Shown: positions 25,974-32,000 of the stretch, in pieces | Layout: each line of letters opens with the position of its first letter | Position numbering within the stretch: position 1 is the first letter of the stretch | Source: Akkermansia muciniphila ATCC BAA-835 | GTDB taxonomy: Bacteria > Verrucomicrobiota > Verrucomicrobiia > Verrucomicrobiales > Akkermansiaceae | Direction: 5' to 3' | DNA length: 32,000 nt | Assembly: GCF_000020225.1 (NCBI RefSeq) | Contig: NC_010655.1 | Location: 390,001 to 422,000 of the forward strand | The notes under the pieces: model-generated | Database searches by the model: none | What the model was told of the DNA's origin: nothing | The model's input: only the letters and a program-made list of their open reading frames with translations | Made by a program: the position numbers and the translations under genes

Positions 25974-26804
25974 ATGGCACCCAGCTCCGACAATGAAGGC
26001 GCCCCCCGGAACGGCACCGCCGGCAGGGAATCCCTGCGCGACCTGCCGGAACATGAAAACATCGTGGAGCATTTCTACGATCCGGAAGATCAGGGCTCCC
26101 GGGAAAAACCCGTCCGTGAAAAAACGCCTTTCTCCCTGATAGGCAATCTCATCTTCCTGCTGACCATAGCCATTCTGGCCGCTATTGCCTGGCTGGTTTA
26201 CTCCTCCTGGTGCCCGCAGAAAACGGACGACCTGCCCGGCTTCCGCCAAAGGGAAAACGCCCCGGATATCCCCAGAATCCTGAAACAGGCCATCAACAGG
26301 GACGCCTCCGTCTCGTTCTCGGAAGAAGACATCAACCGCTACCTGGCTTCCTCCATCCATCCCCAGCAGCACGGCACCCTGGCCATCTTCGCCACCAACC
26401 CGGCGGCTGGCATCCGTCTGCACGGCGGCAAGGAACGGCCGGACGGAACCATCGGGGAAGGATACATGGAAATCATCATCGAACGCTATACGGGCATCGA
26501 CTCCCGCCAGACGATTTCCCTGTTCCTGACGCCCTTCCAATCCCTGGATCCGCACAATTACATGGCGGTGCAGACCCGCTTCGAATTCTACAATGACGAA
26601 ACGCTGCCGGGAGGAATCCACGTGGGGGGCACCATCGGCAGCCTTTCCGTTCCCCAGGGTTACATGATTTTTCTCCTGCCCGCGTTTGAAAACCTGCTCC
26701 AGGCCTACCTGCCGCTTATCCACATGATTGAAGAAAGCGGCATGGGCATCCATATCAGTGAAGGCAGGCTGAACCTGACGCCTCCGCAAAAGCGCACGCT
26801 GTAG
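25974..26804 (+). CDS. Hypothetical single-pass membrane protein, ~276 aa
   Basis: The preferred Met at 25974 lies 19 nt after the menB stop. The longer ORF from 25908 would overlap menB. It has an acidic N-terminal ~70 aa, one TM helix (FSLIGNLIFLLTIAILAAIAWLVYSSW) and a ~180-aa extracytoplasmic domain. I recognise no motifs. Confidence 0.55.
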   Translation: MAPSSDNEGAPRNGTAGRESLRDLPEHENIVEHFYDPEDQGSREKPVREKTPFSLIGNLIFLLTIAILAAIAWLVYSSWCPQKTDDLPGFRQRENAPDIPRILKQAINRDASVSFSEEDINRYLASSIHPQQHGTLAIFATNPAAGIRLHGGKERPDGTIGEGYMEIIIERYTGIDSRQTISLFLTPFQSLDPHNYMAVQTRFEFYNDETLPGGIHVGGTIGSLSVPQGYMIFLLPAFENLLQAYLPLIHMIEESGMGIHISEGRLNLTPPQKRTL

Positions 26805-26874
26805 CGGAAGACCGCAGGGCCTTCCGCAATCACCGGATGCCCTGCCGGGCAATGCCCCCTTCCGGCCCCGGCAT

Positions 26875-27903
26875 TCAATTTTTCTCCAGATCCCTGACCA
26901 TCAAAGTCATATACTCCTCAGGCCAGGAATGGGTAATCTGACCCGCATCATTGAAAACCGCCACCAGGCGGATGGAATCCCTCCCATCTGAAAGCACCAG
27001 CACGGTTTCATCCTTTTCAAAATCATAACGGGGCTTGCCCAATTTGAATGCCGCACTCCTGCGGTCCGTCCTCAGCCACGCGCGCGCCTGCTCCATCGTC
27101 AGGCCACGCAGCGCCCGGGCATCCCTGAAAACGCGCCGCGCCGCATTCATCGCCGCAGGGCTGGAAACCACCATGCCATCCCGGAACGGGCGGGTTCCCC
27201 ACATGCGGTCAATATCCCGGTCCAGCGCGCCGCCCATCCCCCCGGAAAGGAAAAACACGGCTGCGGGCCAAGCCAGGAAAATACCCGCAGCCCATATTGC
27301 CAGCCGTTTGCGGCTTCTGGAAAGAGCCGCTATTCCCTGGGCTATTTTCCCCCATTTTTCTACCAGTTCCCGGTCCGCATGCCCGAACAGGAAATTCACC
27401 TGCCTGCGTTCTATGCCGCCCCGCAGTTCAGCCACCGTCTTTCCCTTTTCGGGCGCCAGATCCTCCAGCGTAGGGCTTCCTTCCACGAAGTGGCGGAAAA
27501 TCCTGGGCCACAGCACGGGAATAACCGCAAACCGGATTGCAAGCAGAACCAGGCTGCCCACCAGGCAGCCGCTTATCAACAGAATGTCAAACGAACGGCT
27601 GAAAAAATAGTCCGGATTCCACATCCAGATAAAAGGAGCCGCCAGATACATCCCCAGGGAAAATAGGCACCATGACCAGACTATGGCGGAAAAACGGCTG
27701 GCCGCCACAACCACCCCCAGCAGGAACAAAAAGGCCCCCAGGGCAATTCCCCACGGAAACGCCCCGTAAATGGCGGCCGGAAAAGCCAGAATCATCAATG
27801 CCGTACCCGCGGGCTGCCGAACTTTTTGCATATCCGGAACATAGCACAAGCCCTTGAAAGCATCAAGAAAGGAAGCCCCCGCAGTCACACAGGGACTGTT
27901 CAT
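26875..27903 (-). CDS. Hypothetical polytopic membrane protein, 342 aa
   Basis: It has several hydrophobic helices in the N-terminal half, a charged loop, another TM helix (LAIWAAGIFLAWPAAVFFL) and a ~120-aa soluble C-terminal domain. It starts 11 nt after the TolC-like gene. An alternative start is Met25 at 27831. Confidence 0.55.
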   Translation of the reverse strand: MNSPCVTAGASFLDAFKGLCYVPDMQKVRQPAGTALMILAFPAAIYGAFPWGIALGAFLFLLGVVVAASRFSAIVWSWCLFSLGMYLAAPFIWMWNPDYFFSRSFDILLISGCLVGSLVLLAIRFAVIPVLWPRIFRHFVEGSPTLEDLAPEKGKTVAELRGGIERRQVNFLFGHADRELVEKWGKIAQGIAALSRSRKRLAIWAAGIFLAWPAAVFFLSGGMGGALDRDIDRMWGTRPFRDGMVVSSPAAMNAARRVFRDARALRGLTMEQARAWLRTDRRSAAFKLGKPRYDFEKDETVLVLSDGRDSIRLVAVFNDAGQITHSWPEEYMTLMVRDLEKN

Positions 27904-27914
27904 CCTCCCCCGCC

Positions 27915-29204
27915 TTACTTCAGCCAGCCATATTCCATGATGAGGGCCGCTTCCACCTCCGCATTCTTGGAAGCTTCATTATCCAGGTCAGCATACATTT
28001 TCCTGATATCCTTCCTCTGTTCCAGATATTCATCTCCGGAAACGGATAATCTGGACTCCTTGAACGCGATTTCCTTCATCAGCACCCCCTGCCAGAGCTC
28101 AAACCTCCTGCGGCTCTCCAGCAACGCGGCTATCTTGATACGCCGCCGCTGCAGTTCCATCACCACTTCGCGCTGCAGCAGTTCGTGGCTTTCTTTGGCC
28201 GACTTATACTGGAACCAGGATGTCAGGCGCGTATCCAGTTCTTCCCGCAGGCTCATGTTCACCTTCATATCGCCCGCTCCCGCAAAAAAACCGCCGTACG
28301 TCCCGCCCGTGCTGGAAAACAGGGTTGGGCTGTAAAAATTAATATCCACGGACGGGAAGAACTTCAGTTTGGCATTCAGCACCTGGAGGCGGGAAGCTTC
28401 CAGCTCCATGGCCACCATCGTCACCACCAGCAGATCCAGCTGCCGGGACGCCGCCCTGTACCTGCCCCAGTCCAGCCTGGGCATCGTTTCAGGGTTCACC
28501 AGCCACCGGGCGTCCATATTCCCCAGCAACACGGCAAACCCCTGGGAAATCTCATTCAAATTCCGCTCCCGTTCCAGGTCCAGCTTCTTTTTCTGGACGC
28601 CATCATCGTCATAAGGCAGGGAGCTCAGCTGGTTATTGTAGCTGATCTGCGCGTTCCGGTAGGAAAGCACCTGCTGGTACAATCTGGCCACCAGCTCCCT
28701 TTTTTTCATCTCCAGCGTCTTTTCCGCCGTATAAACAGCCGCCTTGGCGGAATAATAATCAAACGGGATCTGGGTGAGGGACGGCATGTTGAACAGAATG
28801 TTCGTATTGTATTCCACATCGCTGGCCGTCACCCTGGCCAGGTCGCTCAATTCCTTGGTCAGCATCCAGTCCAGATTGACTCCGGGGATAATCTGGGTAA
28901 AAACATTAACGACGGAACGTTTCGTCGTCTTGAGGGACTGCTCCGATTTTTTCAAGTCAATGTTCCGCTCCATCATCATCGCCAGGGCCTGGTGCCATGA
29001 GATTTCCTTCCGCGGCAGCTGCCGCCAATCGGGAACGGCATCCATCCTGGCCATCAATTCCCCCGCCTTTTTTTCCATGTGCCTGTCCACGGAGCAGGAG
29101 GCGCATACCGCCGTACAGAGGCAGAAGCACAACGCAGCCCTCAGCCATGCCCTTTCAAACAGGGAAAACAGGAAAGAACGGACAACAGGAGGAAACGGGA
29201 ACAT
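27915..29204 (-). CDS. TolC/OEP-family outer-membrane efflux protein-like, 429 aa
   Basis: The N-terminal signal has several Cys and may be a lipoprotein signal. ISWHQALAMMMERNIDLKKSEQSLKTTKR resembles the typical LxLxEAlxxAlxxNpdL start. Two repeats of long helical segments are each followed by P-[ST/GV]-[VL]-x-[IL] strand starts (IIPGVNLDW and FFPSVDINFY). The call rests on pattern only. Confidence 0.55.
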   Translation of the reverse strand: MFPFPPVVRSFLFSLFERAWLRAALCFCLCTAVCASCSVDRHMEKKAGELMARMDAVPDWRQLPRKEISWHQALAMMMERNIDLKKSEQSLKTTKRSVVNVFTQIIPGVNLDWMLTKELSDLARVTASDVEYNTNILFNMPSLTQIPFDYYSAKAAVYTAEKTLEMKKRELVARLYQQVLSYRNAQISYNNQLSSLPYDDDGVQKKKLDLERERNLNEISQGFAVLLGNMDARWLVNPETMPRLDWGRYRAASRQLDLLVVTMVAMELEASRLQVLNAKLKFFPSVDINFYSPTLFSSTGGTYGGFFAGAGDMKVNMSLREELDTRLTSWFQYKSAKESHELLQREVVMELQRRRIKIAALLESRRRFELWQGVLMKEIAFKESRLSVSGDEYLEQRKDIRKMYADLDNEASKNAEVEAALIMEYGWLK

Positions 29205-29351
29205 ACAGGCCCCTTGTTACATAGCTTCTGCCCCTGAAAAGTCAAGCATCAACACGGCAGGAGGGGAAAGAAGGAAAAAGAAGTCCTGGAGCGCAGGGAA
29301 TTCGGTTTTTCCTTTCCCCGTGTAAAAAATACCTCCCTCCTGATTCCTATC

Positions 29352-29376
29352 TTGACAAATCATGTGTGATATCACA
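29352..29376 (+). promoter_or_regulatory. TTGACA hexamer (29352-29357) followed by the perfect 12-bp palindrome TGTGATATCACA (29365-29376) in the divergent intergenic region
   Basis: Read directly. The palindrome halves TGTGAT/ATCACA recall CRP/FNR-type half-sites (TGTGA..TCACA), but with almost no spacer. It lies 27 nt upstream of the lipoprotein start at 29403. I found no convincing -10 hexamer at canonical spacing. Confidence 0.3.
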
Positions 29377-29402
29377 GTTTATCGGAAAATTATTATCCTT
29401 TT

Positions 29403-29918
29403 ATGATGCGTCCTTTTCTTACCTCTTTGTCCGCGGCCTGCTGCTCCCTCGGCATTCTTACGCTGGCCCAATGCGGCGGAAGCAGTTCCGATGCCGAGGG
29501 CCTGGCGCCCTCCACCATCGGCAGCAAGGTGTTAAACATGCAGGTAACAGGCATTACGGATGCCGCCATAACGCTTCCCGCCATTTTTGACATGACCACC
29601 GGTGACAACGGGGCATTCATCATCCAGACGCAAGGGGAAAACATGAACATGTGGAACGGGGCAGGCATTTATTCCTACACCAAAACCGGGAAAAACACTG
29701 CGGAGCTGAGCCTGTCCTACAACAGAAACAGCGGTTCGTCCTCGGAACCCAACACCCTCATGAGCACCATCAGGATTCCCCAGTTAACCTTTGAAAACGC
29801 CACCCATGCTTCTTCCGGGGAAGGCGGCGCCAGCATTTCCTACATGCAAGCGCAAGACAGGACACCCATCCCCATCGACGGCATCACCATCAGCGTCAAC
29901 ATCATATCCCAGTCATAA
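29403..29918 (+). CDS. Small hypothetical lipoprotein (family member 2), 171 aa
   Basis: The N-terminus is MMRPFLTSLSAACCSLGILTLAQC-GGSSS, a signal peptide. The lipobox is atypical (Gln at -1), but the post-Cys GGSSS is shared with the paralogues. YSYTKTGKNTAELSL resembles YTYRFNSGENAGVLNI in the 12402 ORF. Confidence 0.6.
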   Translation: MMRPFLTSLSAACCSLGILTLAQCGGSSSDAEGLAPSTIGSKVLNMQVTGITDAAITLPAIFDMTTGDNGAFIIQTQGENMNMWNGAGIYSYTKTGKNTAELSLSYNRNSGSSSEPNTLMSTIRIPQLTFENATHASSGEGGASISYMQAQDRTPIPIDGITISVNIISQS

Positions 29919-29946
29919 AAAAATTCTTTCCTTTATCCATCAAATC

Positions 29947-30429
29947 ATGAATTCCCGCCTTTATATTCCCGCTTTAATTACTCTCGGGCTTGGGCTCCTC
30001 TCCGGCTGCGGCGGATCCAGTTCCAGCGAACAGGCCTATCTTCCCATTGGTCTTCAGCGCACGTTGGACATCACGCTTCAGGACGGCAAGCCTTACGTCT
30101 TCTCCTTCATCATCGCCTCAGAAAGCACCGCCACCATTTACACCGGAACCAGCCCGGCCGCCTCAACGGCATCCCTTCATGTCGTCAACTACAAACCAGC
30201 TTCCGACTCTGCGGAACAAATAGGCTTTTACTGGTCGTCCAATGACGGGGAAACAACCAGCAATCTGGATGCCCTCGTTGTCCTGTATAATCCCCAGAAT
30301 ATTTCCAAAGGCATCGGTTCTGCCACCTGCAGCGTCAGAGACGCCGAATATACTGAAACGGAAACCCAGCAGGATAACTGCCAGGCGGTCATCAGGGATT
30401 TCAGAGTGCCCCCCAGCTCTGATCAATAA
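29947..30429 (+). CDS. Small hypothetical lipoprotein (family member 3), ~160 aa
   Basis: The internal Met at 29947 gives MNSRLYIPALITLGLGLLSGC-GGSSSS, a canonical lipobox. The longer track ORF from 29791 overlaps the preceding gene and is Pro/Ser-rich junk. Confidence 0.65.
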   Translation: MNSRLYIPALITLGLGLLSGCGGSSSSEQAYLPIGLQRTLDITLQDGKPYVFSFIIASESTATIYTGTSPAASTASLHVVNYKPASDSAEQIGFYWSSNDGETTSNLDALVVLYNPQNISKGIGSATCSVRDAEYTETETQQDNCQAVIRDFRVPPSSDQ

Positions 30430-30446
30430 GCCCTTTCTTCCTACCT

Positions 30447-30481
30447 CCCTTCCCGCCCCCATGGCGGGAAGGGATTTTTTT
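30447..30481 (+). terminator. Rho-independent terminator after the tandem lipoprotein genes
   Basis: The 11-bp stem cccttcccgcc (30447-30457) pairs with ggcgggaaggg (30463-30473) around the 5-nt loop cccat. It is followed by a T7 run (30475-30481) and starts 18 nt after the stop. Confidence 0.85.
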
Positions 30482-30592
30482 ATCCATTATCTCTTCCTGC
30501 CGGAACAGAGACGGCCTTTCCCCCAGACCGCCGGCAAAGGCGGACATGCCGGAACGCAGACAAAACCGGGAACAGCCCCGAAGCCCCATCAC

Positions 30593-31738
30593 TTACTTAA
30601 GCACTTTCCCTATGGGGCGGCAGGCGGAAAAGGCAACCGGAATGGAGGAAAGAAGAACACACCCCGCCAGGGAAATTCCCAGCAGCCACAAATCCTGCCG
30701 TATATCGGCATAAGTCAGGACGGAGTTTCCCAGCTTAAAGAATTCCCCCAATACGATTCTCTGGGTTTTCATGAACGCCCAGACGGCTCCCGCAAAGGAA
30801 ACGCCAATCAGAAACGCGTTTTCCACGATAAACGCCATAATCAGCAGTACAGGACGCACCCCGAAGCTCTTCATCAGCGTATAGACATATTCATTCTGAC
30901 GGAATTCCATGGATGCCAGGGCTGTAAGCAGAATGCCGACGATCACGGCGATGCCGAGGGAAAACCCAGTCCTGCACTCCGTCTGGTTGCCCATCAGCAC
31001 TTCCAGCCTGTCAAGCAGCCCTACGTGAGTCTGAACCATGGTCATGCTGCCGTCATAACGCACCATGTTGTTCAGCACTTCTTCTATGCCCCGAATGCGG
31101 GCCGCCGTCATTTCATGCACCCGGATGATGTAGCGGCAATTTTCCACGGGGACCTCCTGTCCGGAACTGAAAGTTCCTTCCGGGGCCAAAATGACTCCGG
31201 AAGGATACAGCCTGCCCAGCAAATGACCCTCCGGCAGAGGGGAGGCATTCAGGGAAAAATCAAAATCCGCTATGGTAACCGTACAAGGCCCCGCCTGCAA
31301 CGGGCTCCGGGAGGGATTGTACAGGAGGACGGTAGCCACGTCCTCCAACCCAAGCGCGGAAAGAAAGGAACAGGACTCCATGTTGTATTCCAGGATGGGG
31401 AATACTGTCTTGCCCACGCGCGCCACGCCCGCACGGGCATCATTCAGCACCAGGACGTCGCAGCCATACAGGGAAGGCAGTTCATGCTGCAGCAAATTTT
31501 TCTTGGAAGGCTCACCGTCGCGCACGGTATCAAAAACAATAATCAGGTCCGCCCCGTTCTTCCTGATTTCATCATGCAGCATTTTGGCGGAGAGGACATA
31601 ATTGGCGAGAAAAGAGAGCGCGCACAGGGAAAGGAAGAAGGCCACCAGAATCCGTGAAAGGGGGCTGGCCGGGCGTTCCTTCCAACGGTGGAGAGTATCT
31701 TTAAAGAGATACAGACAGGTTAAAATCAATGATTTCAT
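30593..31738 (-). CDS. ABC transporter permease, FtsX/MacB-LolE type, 381 aa
   Basis: It has an N-terminal TM helix, a ~210-aa extracytoplasmic domain and a C-terminal three-helix FtsX bundle (..[30 protein letters not shown]..). Its start overlaps the upstream ATPase gene. Confidence 0.8.
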   Translation of the reverse strand: MKSLILTCLYLFKDTLHRWKERPASPLSRILVAFFLSLCALSFLANYVLSAKMLHDEIRKNGADLIIVFDTVRDGEPSKKNLLQHELPSLYGCDVLVLNDARAGVARVGKTVFPILEYNMESCSFLSALGLEDVATVLLYNPSRSPLQAGPCTVTIADFDFSLNASPLPEGHLLGRLYPSGVILAPEGTFSSGQEVPVENCRYIIRVHEMTAARIRGIEEVLNNMVRYDGSMTMVQTHVGLLDRLEVLMGNQTECRTGFSLGIAVIVGILLTALASMEFRQNEYVYTLMKSFGVRPVLLIMAFIVENAFLIGVSFAGAVWAFMKTQRIVLGEFFKLGNSVLTYADIRQDLWLLGISLAGCVLLSSIPVAFSACRPIGKVLK

Positions 31739-32000
31739 GGGTCAGGTCAAACAGCCGGGAATCATGCGTGCTCAAAATGCAAATTTTGTCAGCAGGGTAC
31801 TCCCTGATCAAATTTTTAATGATTTCCGTATTACCGTCATCCAGGCCGGAAGTAGGTTCATCCAGCAGCAGCACATCGGAATCCTTCATCATCGTGCGGG
31901 CAAGAGCCGCCCGCTGGGCCTGGCCGCCGGACAAGCTCCCCGCCTTTTTATGCCTCAGAGATTCCAGGCCCAGGCGGGCAATCAAATCATCCGCCCTCCG
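31701..32000 (-). CDS. ABC transporter ATP-binding protein, C-terminal part only (runs off the right edge)
   Basis: The signature [15 protein letters not shown], Walker [13 protein letters not shown] and H-loop ILSTHD are present. The reading frame stays open to position 32000, so the Met at 31985 in the track is internal. Confidence 0.85.
   Translation of the reverse strand, partial: RRADDLIARLGLESLRHKKAGSLSGGQAQRAALARTMMKDSDVLLLDEPTSGLDDGNTEIIKNLIREYPADKICILSTHDSRLFDLTHEIIDFNLSVSL

Noticed and set aside
24908-26852. Two 384-aa minus-strand ORFs (24908-26062 and 25698-26852) opposite menB and the downstream hypothetical gene
   Set aside because: menB on the plus strand is unambiguous. These ORFs are Gly/Arg/Ala-rich antisense frames.
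30242-31657. 471-aa plus-strand ORF opposite the FtsX permease at 30593-31738
   Set aside because: It is an antisense artefact, and it would also read straight through the strong terminator at 30447-30481.
1-32000. Search for CRISPR arrays, rRNA, tRNA, tmRNA or RNase P, reverse transcriptase/retron or DGR features, and toxin-antitoxin pairs
   Set aside because: There are no regularly spaced repeat arrays. No cloverleaf-like or conserved RNA core sequences appear in any intergenic region I read. No RT-like ORF is present. Absence is judged by eye only and should be confirmed with tRNAscan-SE/Infernal.

Overview
The window reads as a chromosomal segment of a roughly 57-65% GC Gram-negative genome. 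The gene content and protein style look PVC/Verrucomicrobiota-like (Akkermansia-type), but I cannot confirm this without a database search. It is densely coding on both strands and mostly housekeeping: mutS, ftsH, rsfS, tyrA, menB, a dCMP deaminase, an OsmC-type protein, a DsbD/ScsB-type reductase and an SGNH hydrolase.

The envelope and transport genes are:
- a TonB-dependent receptor co-oriented with a MacB-type ABC ATPase and a 941-aa double-FtsX permease;
- an MFS-acyltransferase fusion;
- a TolC-like protein;
- a second ABC ATPase/FtsX pair that runs off the right edge;
- several small lipoproteins.

The left edge carries the 5' part of an integrase-like gene (~48% GC by hand count). Next to it is a ~37% GC, repeat-rich spacer, followed by a chloramphenicol-acetyltransferase-family gene, which suggests a mobile-element boundary.

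The best candidate for an undescribed system is an isolated, translationally coupled gene pair at 23055-24918 (minus strand), between ftsH and menB. It pairs a small ABC/SMC-like ATPase (Walker A, Walker B, signature-like motif, H-loop) with a protein carrying a Cys4 cluster, a PD-(D/E)xK-type D...EVK core and a long basic tail. This ATPase-plus-nuclease layout resembles Septu, PARIS and AbiL-class defence pairs, but with a different effector.

I found no rRNA, tRNA or CRISPR array. Three rho-independent terminators and two candidate operator palindromes are reported. The long antisense ORFs in the track are rejected as GC-driven artefacts.
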